Assembly (NCBI RefSeq): GCF_000009045.1
Contig: NC_000964.3
Coordinates: 4,050,001-4,082,000, forward strand
Source of the DNA: Bacillus subtilis subsp. subtilis str. 168
Lineage (GTDB): Bacteria > Bacillota > Bacilli > Bacillales > Bacillaceae
Length of the DNA: 32,000 bases
Reading direction: 5' to 3'
Of this stretch, positions 8,791 to 16,606 are shown one piece after another (the stretch's first letter is position 1; the number at the start of each line of letters is the position of its first letter). Under the pieces are notes generated by a model, which was not told where the DNA came from, made no database searches, and worked only from the letters and a program-made list of their open reading frames with translations. The translations under genes were made by a program, and so were the position numbers.

Positions 8791-9465
8791 CTAAGTCCGG
8801 TATGGCTTGCTCATGGCACGTTCAAACAAGTCCTGCAAAATGCTGTAGATAATGGTAAGAACCCAATAGACGATCGCAACCGCCAAATACGTCTCAAAAT
8901 ATTTGAGGTTTCCTGAAGCGTACATCTTCCCTTGGGCGAACATCTCCATGACCCCTAATGTAAAGGCCAGTGACGTTTCTTTCAGGAGCCCGATAAATGT
9001 ATTGCCCGTTGCCGGAATCGCATTTCGGATCGCTTGCGGCAAAATAATCCGTCTGTATGCCTGAAATTTTGTCATACCGACAGACAGGCACGCCTCCAGC
9101 TGCCCGTCATCAACAGAATTGAGGGCGGCCCGGAAGATTTCTGCCAAATAAGCTGCGTTTTTTAAGCTTAACCCGATGATGGCAGCTGTGAGAGCTGTCA
9201 TTTTGCTCATCTCTGGAAATAGCTGCGGCAGCCCGTAATAGATTAAGAACAGCTGTACAAGTGTCGGCACGCCTCGGAAAAAGGATATATACAGCTTTGA
9301 CAGCTGATGAAGCACTGGAATTTTGTTTTTTGTAATGAGTGCGAGAATAAGTCCTCCGATAATGGCAAAAATCATAGCTGCTATTGCCATAAACAAGGTG
9401 ATCGGAAGGGCCTGAATTAAAGTCGGGAACGCTGATATCATGAATTCCCAATCAATCGTGTTCAT
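8791..9465 (-). CDS. yxeN: polar-amino-acid ABC transporter permease
   Basis: 224 aa, about 5 TM segments. The EAA-type coupling loop reads EACLSVGMTKFQAYRRIILPQA. Confidence 0.93.
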   Translation of the reverse strand: MNTIDWEFMISAFPTLIQALPITLFMAIAAMIFAIIGGLILALITKNKIPVLHQLSKLYISFFRGVPTLVQLFLIYYGLPQLFPEMSKMTALTAAIIGLSLKNAAYLAEIFRAALNSVDDGQLEACLSVGMTKFQAYRRIILPQAIRNAIPATGNTFIGLLKETSLAFTLGVMEMFAQGKMYASGNLKYFETYLAVAIVYWVLTIIYSILQDLFERAMSKPYRT

Positions 9466-9487
9466 TCTGGTGAGTCACCGCCGTTTC

Positions 9488-10282
9488 TTAATGCTTCTGT
9501 TCTACTGTGATATCTTCATTAAAGTATTTTTCAGAGAGTTTTTTCAGTGTTCCGTCTTTACGCAATTCATCTAGGGCCTTATTGACTTTTTTGCGGAGCT
9601 TGTCGTGCGCATCGTCCTTGGCAAATGGGAATGCAACCTGTTCGTAAACAATCGGATCTCCTGCAAGCTTTAATGGCAAACCGGTCTTCTTGATTTGCGC
9701 GATCAATACAGTTCGGCTGTTGACATAAGCGTCTACACGGCCGTACGCAACATCCTTCAGCGTACCCTCTTGTGTTTCGTACGTTTTGATATTGATTTTT
9801 TTATCAGGATCTTTGCTTTCAAGGTTTTTCGCGTGGTTTGAACCGAGAACGGCTGCGACTGTCTTGCCTTTTAAATCGTCTACTGATTTGATGTCTGTAT
9901 TGTCTTTTTTGACGACAATCTGTGTTCCCGCATAAGCGTATGGTTTCGTAAAGTTATACGTTTCCTTACGTTCGTCTGTCACAGCTACCTGGTTGGAAAT
10001 GGTGTCAAGCTTGCCTGTTTGAAGCTCTCCCATCAGCCCGCTGAATTCAAGCAGCTTCCAGTCCAGTTTCATGTCAATTTTCTTAGCGACTGCTTCCATC
10101 ACTTCCACGTCAAAGCCTGTCAGCTTTCCGTTTTCTTTATAAGCAAATGGGTAACTTTGTCCTGTCGCACCGACATGAAGCACATTGTCATCCTCTTTAC
10201 TGCTGCTGTTTCCATTGCCGCAAGCTGAGAGCACCGCTAATAATGCAGCAACGACCAGCACTGTCCATTTTTTCATCTTCAT
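9488..10282 (-). CDS. yxeM: amino-acid ABC transporter substrate-binding lipoprotein (SBP family 3)
   Basis: 264 aa. Signal peptide with lipobox LSAC, followed by a family-3 solute-binding domain. Confidence 0.93.
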   Translation of the reverse strand: MKMKKWTVLVVAALLAVLSACGNGNSSSKEDDNVLHVGATGQSYPFAYKENGKLTGFDVEVMEAVAKKIDMKLDWKLLEFSGLMGELQTGKLDTISNQVAVTDERKETYNFTKPYAYAGTQIVVKKDNTDIKSVDDLKGKTVAAVLGSNHAKNLESKDPDKKINIKTYETQEGTLKDVAYGRVDAYVNSRTVLIAQIKKTGLPLKLAGDPIVYEQVAFPFAKDDAHDKLRKKVNKALDELRKDGTLKKLSEKYFNEDITVEQKH

Positions 10283-10306
10283 TTGATTTTCCCGCCTTTT
10301 CTATTT

Positions 10307-10804
10307 TTATAGATCATGTCGCAATTGTTTTTTCATATAGACTGTGATATGCCCTTTTCCAAGGTCTTGTTCACCTGAGCGGACATATCCTTTTCGTTCG
10401 TACATCTCAATCAGCCACGGATGCTTATCCGCTGTTCCGAGTGAGACAAACGGAACCTTTAACGTATCGCGAAGGATTGTTTCCTCCAGCCATTGAAGCA
10501 GCTTTGTTCCGATTCCTTTTTTACCGGTGTCGGGGTCCACAGCAAACCACCAGATATGCGGAACGCCATACGGTCCCGGCTGTTTTCCCCAAGGCATTCT
10601 CAAGGTGATGGTCGCGATGATCCGCCCGTCTTCTTCCATGACGTAGCAAGCATTTTCCCGAATATTTTTCAGCACCAAATCCAAATCCGCATGAGCAGCA
10701 GCAAAACGAATGCCGAGCTTTCGAATCGGTTCATAAGCCCGCAATGTCAGCTCGAGAAGCTGTTCGGCATCACGTTCAACTGCAAGGCGGTATCGTGGCT
10801 TCAT
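10307..10804 (-). CDS. yxeL: GNAT-family N-acetyltransferase
   Basis: 165 aa. The acetyl-CoA-binding-type segment VDPDTGKKGIGTKLL fits the Q/R-x-x-G-x-G/A pattern. Confidence 0.9.
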   Translation of the reverse strand: MKPRYRLAVERDAEQLLELTLRAYEPIRKLGIRFAAAHADLDLVLKNIRENACYVMEEDGRIIATITLRMPWGKQPGPYGVPHIWWFAVDPDTGKKGIGTKLLQWLEETILRDTLKVPFVSLGTADKHPWLIEMYERKGYVRSGEQDLGKGHITVYMKKQLRHDL

Positions 10805-10817
10805 CTAGCGTTCCTCC

Positions 10818-12143
10818 TTACTTTGCATAGCGGTTTACCGGCTTTTCCAAACCGAAGTGCTCTCGTAATGTTGTGCCTTCATATTCTTTTCTGAACACGC
10901 CGCGCTCCTGTAAAATCGGAACCACTTGATCAACAAACACTTCAATTCCTTCTGGAAGAAGCGGAGGCATGATGTTAAACCCGTCACACGCTTTCGTATC
11001 CACCCATTCCTGCATCTTGTCGGCGAGCTGCTCCGGCGTGCCGACGAAGATATGGTGGCCTCTGGAGCCTGCAACGTATTTGTAAAGCTCTCGTATCGTC
11101 ATATTGTCACGTTCAGCCATCTCCTGAACAAGCTTGAAGCGGCTCTTCACCGCATTGGAAGCTTCGGCGTCAAGCTTCGGCAGCGGCCCATCAAGCGGAT
11201 ATGCCGACAAATCAATTCCGCCTAAGTAATTTTGGAGAATTTGCAGACCGACAGATGGGATAATCAGATCTTGGAGCTCCTTGTATTTGGCTTGCGCTGC
11301 TTCTTCTGTATCGGCAATGATTGGGAAAATACCCGGCATAATGGCAATTTTTTCTGGATCACGTCCGAATTCCGCAGCCTGTTCTTTAATGGATTGATAA
11401 AATTCTTGAGCTGATTCCAGGTGGTTTTGTGCTGTGAAGATCACTTCGGCTGTTTTGGCAGCCAGCGCTTTTCCGTCTCCTGATGATCCTGCCTGGATAA
11501 TGACCGGCTGGCCCTGCGGGGTTCTTGAAACGTTTAGAGGTCCGCGAACCGAGAAATATTCTCCTTTGTGGTTCAGCTCATGCATTTTTTCTTTGTCAAA
11601 GAATTCACCCGTTTCTTTATTACGGATAAAGGCGTCCTCTTCCCATGAATCCCAAAGCCCCTTTACAATCTCGACAAATTCCTCTGCCCGCTGATAGCGC
11701 AAATGGTGTTCAAGGTGCTTTTCACCGCTGAAATTCAGCGCTGTTGATTCAATAGATGAAGTGACGACGTTCCATCCGGCACGGCCATTGGACAGATGAT
11801 CCAATGACGCAAACTGTCTGGCAATATGGAATGGCTCGCTGTATGTAGTGGAGGCTGTTGCTGTCAGTCCGATTTTTGATGTGACCTGCGCCAAAGCAGA
11901 GAGCAGGGTGAATGGCTCAAACCTTGTTAATACATTTGGATGTGATTTGCTGTCAATTGAAAGGCTGTCCGCTAAAAACAGCATATCCAGCTTGCCTCGC
12001 TCCGCTGTTTTCGCAAGCTCTTTAAAATAATCCAAATTCATGCTCGCATCTGACGGCGCGTCCGGGTGCCGCCAAGACGCAACATGATGGCCTGTACCTG
12101 CTAAAAATACCCCTAATTTGATTTGTTTCTTTTTGCTTGTCAT
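10818..12143 (-). CDS. yxeK: FMN-dependent luciferase-like monooxygenase (NtaA/SnaA/DszA subgroup)
   Basis: 441 aa, first gene after the promoter. AAAAGGAGTATCGCC precedes ATG 12143. Recognised as YxeK. Confidence 0.93.
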   Translation of the reverse strand: MTSKKKQIKLGVFLAGTGHHVASWRHPDAPSDASMNLDYFKELAKTAERGKLDMLFLADSLSIDSKSHPNVLTRFEPFTLLSALAQVTSKIGLTATASTTYSEPFHIARQFASLDHLSNGRAGWNVVTSSIESTALNFSGEKHLEHHLRYQRAEEFVEIVKGLWDSWEEDAFIRNKETGEFFDKEKMHELNHKGEYFSVRGPLNVSRTPQGQPVIIQAGSSGDGKALAAKTAEVIFTAQNHLESAQEFYQSIKEQAAEFGRDPEKIAIMPGIFPIIADTEEAAQAKYKELQDLIIPSVGLQILQNYLGGIDLSAYPLDGPLPKLDAEASNAVKSRFKLVQEMAERDNMTIRELYKYVAGSRGHHIFVGTPEQLADKMQEWVDTKACDGFNIMPPLLPEGIEVFVDQVVPILQERGVFRKEYEGTTLREHFGLEKPVNRYAK

Positions 12144-12198
12144 GGCGATACTCCTTTTATCATGTTTTTAGGCTGAATAATCCGAAAAATAAACTCCT

Positions 12199-12225
12199 AT
12201 ATTCCTAGTCGTTTAATATGAATAA
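12199..12225 (-). promoter_or_regulatory. candidate CymR operator
   Basis: Minus strand reads TTATTCATATTAAACGACTAGGAATAT. Against the CymR consensus as I remember it (TAAWNCNNANTWNANNNATMGGAATTW) I count 3 mismatches in the defined positions. The site lies just downstream of the -10, over the predicted start site. Confidence 0.5.
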
Positions 12226-12230
12226 ATCAA

Positions 12231-12259
12231 AATGTACCTTTGTCTTGGACGTTTGTCAA
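12231..12259 (-). promoter_or_regulatory. sigma-A promoter of the yxeK operon
   Basis: Minus strand reads TTGACA (12259..12254), a 17-nt spacer, then TACATT (12236..12231). Confidence 0.65.
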
Positions 12260-12360
12260 TGAGTTAAGATTAATTTTTTCTATTCAAGCGAAAAGACCCT
12301 TGCGTGACCATGAGGGAACGGCATTGATTCATTCAACTAGTGCAACCTCTATATCGGCAA

Positions 12361-12396
12361 GAAAACTGAGTCTAATGAAGCAAAGACTCAGTTTTC
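12361..12396. terminator. orphan perfect 13-bp hairpin that reads as a terminator on both strands
   Basis: GAAAACTGAGTCT-aatgaagcaa-AGACTCAGTTTTC. TTTTCTT follows the stem core on the + strand and TTTTCTTG follows it on the - strand. No CDS ends next to it. Confidence 0.5.
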
Positions 12397-12489
12397 TTCC
12401 AATAATTTCATATAAGATTTCGCCATTTCCTTTGCCTTTTCTTCGCTTTTGCAAACCGCCTATCCATTCAGACGCCGTAACGATTGTAT

Positions 12490-12531
12490 AAAAAAACAGC
12501 TGACTCCAGATATTCAAACCGGAATCAGCTG
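12490..12531 (-). terminator. rho-independent terminator of yxeI
   Basis: Minus-strand RNA folds as CAGCUGAUUCC-N13-GGAGUCAGCUG. The stem is 11 bp including one G.U that would be a mismatch on the + strand. UUUUUUUAU follows. The hairpin starts 11 nt after the yxeI stop. Confidence 0.85.
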
Positions 12532-12542
12532 ATTGATGTGAA

Positions 12543-13529
12543 TTAATTAAGCTCATGAATACTCTCTTCTGCTTTAGCGGAAAACACTTTAGGCTCCAAA
12601 CAGTCAAGGTCTTCATGAAATAAATTTACTTTTTGGATTTGCCGATTGTCATAGTGGTGGAAATAGTAGTTTCCAGTTTCGTTGCACATCACGGAAGTAT
12701 ATTGCGTATAATGAATTTCGTCTTCTTCCGTTATCACTGCGCCCTTTGGTATCGTCATATTTGCCAAAATTTGAAAAGCGGCTGTTACACCTTTCGTTTC
12801 ATCGGCCGCCGGCTCTAGATGTTCTTTCAAATAAACAGCTCTGACAAACCGGGAAGGCGGTGTATAATCCCCCGGCAGACCAACAGTTCCTAAGCCTTGG
12901 CCAAAAGCAGAAAGGGCTAATCCGCCCATCTCTTTGCTCTCTAATTGCTTCGGTCTGATTCCTGTATATTGCTGCAGATTGGTTACATGCCATATAAAGT
13001 CGGGGCTGTTCGTCATGACACCAGGTTGATTATCATAGACTTTGAGGCCGTCTGCTCTTGGTTCTATCGTCAGGTTTCGGCCCGTCCGGTCTGACAATAT
13101 CCAGTGAAGCGGTAAAACTGTATCCAATAGATCTAATTTTTTCTCTACAATCGTTAAAGATCGAATCTTTTCTTTTACGTCTTCCAAAGACTGACAGACT
13201 GACAGCACCCATGTCACAAACTCATGCGGGACAATGTGAACGGTATCTTCCCGTATCGTTTTTTCGTACTCCGCATAGCCCGGAAAATAAAGCGCCGCAC
13301 AAGATAAACCGCTTTCATTAATGCCGTCGGCAAATAATATATTTCCAAGTTTTCTCCCCATACCGATAAACGCGTACTGTGTCTGATGGGCCCTTCCGTC
13401 AGCTTCACTGTTCCAGCTGTAACGGCGCGGATAGAGAATCACCTCTGTCCCCAGCTGAAATGCAAAATCCATTGTTCTTGCTAATACATGTTTACGGTCA
13501 GCAGTTTCCAATGTAAGACTTGTGCACAT
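12543..13529 (-). CDS. yxeI: Ntn hydrolase of the choloylglycine hydrolase / penicillin V acylase family
   Basis: 328 aa beginning MCTSLT, so Cys2 would become the N-terminal nucleophile after Met removal. AAAAGGGGA lies upstream of ATG 13529. Confidence 0.93.
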
Positions 13530-13592
13530 TTGATCAGTCCCCTTTTCAATTCAGATTAATATCATACATATTGTGAACGAATTGGTTTTATC

Positions 13593-13622
13593 AGCATAAC
13601 GAAAGTCAAATCGATTCGTCAA
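13593..13622 (-). promoter_or_regulatory. candidate sigma-A promoter of yxeI
   Basis: Minus strand reads TTGACG (13622..13617), an 18-nt spacer, then TATGCT (13598..13593). Called by eye only. Confidence 0.3.
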
Positions 13623-13650
13623 AGAATTGACATTACATCAAATAAAACGA

Positions 13651-13683
13651 AAAAATCCAGCCTTTAGAAGGCTGGATTTTTTA
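13651..13683 (-). terminator. rho-independent terminator of yxeH (hairpin is symmetric, with A/T runs on both sides)
   Basis: TCCAGCCTT-tag-AAGGCTGGA stem (13656..13676), flanked by AAAAA on one side and TTTTTT on the other. It abuts the yxeH stop at 13684. Confidence 0.85.
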
Positions 13684-14496
13684 TTATTTAGCCAAAACAA
13701 GCTCGTGAATCGCATGTGCAACGCCATGTTCATTATTGGAGCGTGTTTGAAAGTTTGCTGCTTCCAATACTTCTGGGATGGCGTTTGCCATGGCAACCCC
13801 GCAGCCCGCCCATTCGATCATTGTCAGGTCGTTCCCGTTGTCGCCTATGCACATGACTTCCGCCTGTTCAATTCCAAGCAGCTGAGCCAGCTGGCGTACA
13901 GCATTTCCTTTGCTGGCTTCCGAGTGCAGAATTTCATAAAAGAAAGGCGCGCTTCTGACCATTGTATATTTTTCTCTCACGTCTTTTGGAATCGATGTAA
14001 TGACGCGGCTTAAGTTCTCCGGTTTATCAATAAACATCACTTTCGGGATGAGGATATCTTTTGGCACCTCGTCAATCTTGCGGAAATGAAGCGGCACCTG
14101 TGTCACATAGGATTCGTATACGGTAAATTCGCTAATATCCCGGTTAGGCGTATACAAATTAGATGAGTCAAAGAAATGCATCGGCGTCTTCAGCTCTAAG
14201 CTCAGGTCATATAATGAAGTCAAATCATCATAACCGAGAGACAGCTCTGAGACCACTTCATTTGTATGCGTATTTTGAACAAGTGCTCCATTATACGCAA
14301 TAACATAGTCGCCTTCTTCAATTAAATTCAGTTCATCTAAATATCTCTGCACACCCCCGATAGGCCGGCCGGTGCAAAGCACAATTTTGACACCTTCCGC
14401 TTTTGCCGCGTGAAGGGCGTCGCGGACCTCCTCTGTTACTTCATGATGATCATTTAAAAGTGTTCCATCCATATCAATTGCAATTAGTTTGTACAT
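13684..14496 (-). CDS. yxeH: HAD-superfamily Cof-type phosphatase (sugar-phosphate/phosphometabolite phosphatase)
   Basis: 270 aa. HAD motif I is DMDGTLL at residues 8-14 and motif IV is GDNGND. Confidence 0.93.
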   Translation of the reverse strand: MYKLIAIDMDGTLLNDHHEVTEEVRDALHAAKAEGVKIVLCTGRPIGGVQRYLDELNLIEEGDYVIAYNGALVQNTHTNEVVSELSLGYDDLTSLYDLSLELKTPMHFFDSSNLYTPNRDISEFTVYESYVTQVPLHFRKIDEVPKDILIPKVMFIDKPENLSRVITSIPKDVREKYTMVRSAPFFYEILHSEASKGNAVRQLAQLLGIEQAEVMCIGDNGNDLTMIEWAGCGVAMANAIPEVLEAANFQTRSNNEHGVAHAIHELVLAK

Positions 14497-14535
14497 CCTG
14501 CATCTCCTTCATGTCGTTTTCAGGCTATAGTCCCA

Positions 14536-15093
14536 TCATATCGTTTTTTCTTTTTGATATTCAACCGGAAGAGATGGTTTTCTCCGGATTCTGTTTAGAC
14601 GCCGCCCTTGTCTTCGGATACGCAAGCGCGGTTTCCGCTTTCTTTCTGCCTTGACGCCGTTTTCTGCTTTTTTCTGTTTCATCAGCAGAAAGCCGGCAGC
14701 TAGAAAAGGAATGCCGGTTATATTCAAGATGGCAAGCTTCACACCCGCCGCGATGAAAAAGAACCCCCATGAAGATGATGGATTCCGTCTGATCATGACG
14801 TAAGCCGCCATTTCCAGAACGATCAGGATGGCATGAAGCACTATGCCATAAATCAGCAATACAAGGGCAAAAAACAAAACATAATTCACGATTGCCCCTG
14901 AGTACATCATAGCGCGCATCATTTGTATAAACGATAAGGACTGCATGGAGCCGCTGATGACATTAGGGTTATAGATCGTATAGTCACTAAATAAATGTTT
15001 GACTTTGAGAAAAGCCCATAATATAAATATCCATTGAATGATATGTAAAACAAGCCCCGCTGCCACCAGTCTTTCAGCTTTTTGATTTCTCAT
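14536..15093 (-). CDS. yxeG: small polytopic membrane protein of unknown function with a highly basic C-terminal tail
   Basis: 185 aa. GGGAGGAGAAAG lies directly upstream of ATG 15093. It has 4-5 hydrophobic helices followed by ...KRKPRLRIRRQGRRLNRIRRKP... The start overlaps the yxeF 3' end by 20 nt. Confidence 0.85.
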   Translation of the reverse strand: MRNQKAERLVAAGLVLHIIQWIFILWAFLKVKHLFSDYTIYNPNVISGSMQSLSFIQMMRAMMYSGAIVNYVLFFALVLLIYGIVLHAILIVLEMAAYVMIRRNPSSSWGFFFIAAGVKLAILNITGIPFLAAGFLLMKQKKAENGVKAERKRKPRLRIRRQGRRLNRIRRKPSLPVEYQKEKTI

Positions 15094-15508
15094 CTTTCTC
15101 CTCCCTGCCGGTCTTTGATTCGATTCTTGTCATCGTTTTTCTCTGTCCATTTTGCTCCCATATCAATGTCCCGTTTTCTCCTCTTTTCAGCGTGCTTTTG
15201 AGCGGATAATAAGGGCCGAGGTACTGAATCTCGATAGACCCGTCAGTGCTTTGGGAAATCACCTTGTATGCCATAAAAGGCAGCTGTACCTCTCCTCTTC
15301 CTTCCATCACTTCCGTTTCCACAACCTCGTCTTCGGTAAATGTGACTGTTGCTGATTTCACACCGTCCGTTGGCCCGGGGGCACGCCCCTCATCCCACGT
15401 TCCGTAATAAAACGGCGTCTCTTCTTTTTGCTGCTGGCAGCCCGATACCATGATGCATACAGCAATTAAAAACAAAATGCCATATTTGTTTCTCAAGGGG
15501 ATCACCAT
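15074..15508 (-). CDS. yxeF: small lipoprotein (YxeF; I recall a lipocalin-like beta-barrel fold being reported)
   Basis: Track ORF 15074..15550 trimmed to ATG 15508 ([26 protein letters not shown]...), which has AAAAAAGGAGGAAAGA upstream. Lipobox VSGC. Result is 144 aa. Confidence 0.88.
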
Positions 15509-15596
15509 TCTTTCCTCCTTTTTTGGGCGAATGCCGTGCCACTGTGCCAATGACTACATAAGTTATAAGGAATTCACCCACAAGGAGACTGATCAC

Positions 15597-15962
15597 ATGA
15601 ACCCTTATCAATATTACAGCCCTCAGCTGCCTCAGCAGGAACCTTACTATAGCCACTATGAGTACAATCCTTATCCGCAGCAGGATGTATACGATCCATA
15701 CCAAATGGACAGACAGCCGGCATTGGAAAGAAGAATCGCAGCACTTGAACGGCAAAATGAACAGCAGTCAAGAGAATTAACCCGTCTGACAAACGAAGAC
15801 CGCCGTCAAAATCGGGAAATTGCACGGATTGCCGAACAGGTCAATCAGTTAAGCCAGGCTGTTGAACGCCATACACGCCGCCTAAATCGGCTCAATCAGC
15901 GCCTCCGTACAGTAGAAAACCGGCTGAATATCCCATTTACTGCAGGGGAAGGCGGTTTCTGA
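15597..15962 (+). CDS. yxeE: Tyr/Pro/Gln-rich plus coiled-coil protein (spore-coat protein YxeE)
   Basis: Track ORF 15450..15962 trimmed to ATG 15597 ([18 protein letters not shown]...), which has AAGGAG 9 nt upstream. Result is 121 aa. Confidence 0.88.
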
Positions 15963-15980
15963 GCGAAACAAAGAAAAAAA

Positions 15981-16029
15981 GCGGAATACGATTCTCCCAT
16001 CTCAGGGTTTCGTTTTCCGCATTTCTTAT
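15981..16029 (+). terminator. weak terminator-like structure after yxeE
   Basis: GCGGAAtACGA...TCGTtTTCCGC is an imperfect stem with an 18-nt loop, followed by ATTTCTTAT. Poor geometry, so this is tentative. Confidence 0.3.
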
Positions 16030-16209
16030 ATGTTAAAACGGAACATTTACATAAAAAGGGTTTGTACCCAGTATACAATCTTTACCGTTTTCATTCAAAG
16101 ATAGAGGGGCTGAGGAAAATAATTGTAGTTCCTCTTTGACGGAATTTCTTTTCATTCAAGTTGCATGATAATACCGACTCACGTCAATCGATACATGGAG
16201 GGATCATTC

Positions 16210-16563
16210 ATGCATAATACACAACACGGCTTGCAGCAGCTGAACCAATGCCGCCAAACTGCTCAGCAGCTCATTCAGCAAACACAGCAAAGCAGCCAGC
16301 AATATCGCCAAATGCTTCATCAGGAACAGCAAAACATCCAAATGCTGCAGCAGATTCTAAACCACGAACAACAAGCTGCACATACCATTCAGCAAGCACT
16401 GCACGGGCATGACATGGCGATTCAAAAGTGCCAGCAGGTTGTCAACATGTGCAACCAAATGCAACAGGAACTTACTGGACAATCCAGCGTCATGAATACG
16501 AATGTGTCTACACTTCCATTCGGCCAAAACACGACATTTCAGCAGCAATCCTACCAGCAGTAA
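16210..16563 (+). CDS. yxeD: glutamine-rich small protein of unknown function
   Basis: Track ORF 16165..16563 trimmed to ATG 16210 (MHNTQHGLQQLNQ...), which has GGAGGG 7 nt upstream. Result is 117 aa, of which I count 37 Gln. Confidence 0.85.
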   Translation: MHNTQHGLQQLNQCRQTAQQLIQQTQQSSQQYRQMLHQEQQNIQMLQQILNHEQQAAHTIQQALHGHDMAIQKCQQVVNMCNQMQQELTGQSSVMNTNVSTLPFGQNTTFQQQSYQQ

Positions 16564-16568
16564 CATAT

Positions 16569-16606
16569 AAAAAGCTCAACACAATGCGAGTGTTGAGCTT
16601 TTTTTC
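16569..16606. terminator. bidirectional rho-independent terminator shared by convergent yxeD and yxeC
   Basis: AGCTCAACAC-aatgcga-GTGTTGAGCT forms a 10-bp stem (16573..16599), flanked by AAAAA and TTTTTTT. Confidence 0.9.

Noticed and set aside
12329-12616. 95-aa minus-strand ORF in the yxeI-yxeK spacer (possibly what older annotations call yxeJ), and the 83-aa + strand ORF at 12240..12491.
   Set aside because: The minus-strand ORF starts inside yxeI and reads through both terminator hairpins. The + strand ORF reads through the 13-bp hairpin and overlaps PyxeK. I could find no SD for either, and there is no recognisable protein pattern. The region is treated as non-coding (see the finding).
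15390-15755. 121-aa minus-strand ORF spanning the yxeF start, the divergent promoter region and the yxeE 5' end. Also the 124-aa ORF at 21186..21560 spanning the yxdK 3' end and the yxdL promoter.
   Set aside because: Both cross regulatory spacers and overlap two well-supported genes out of frame. Neither has an RBS.
16210-16563. CAG/CAA-rich DNA of yxeD as a microsatellite or tandem DNA repeat.
   Set aside because: The Gln codons are interspersed with other codons at irregular spacing. There is no exact repeating nucleotide unit, so the low complexity is at the protein level.
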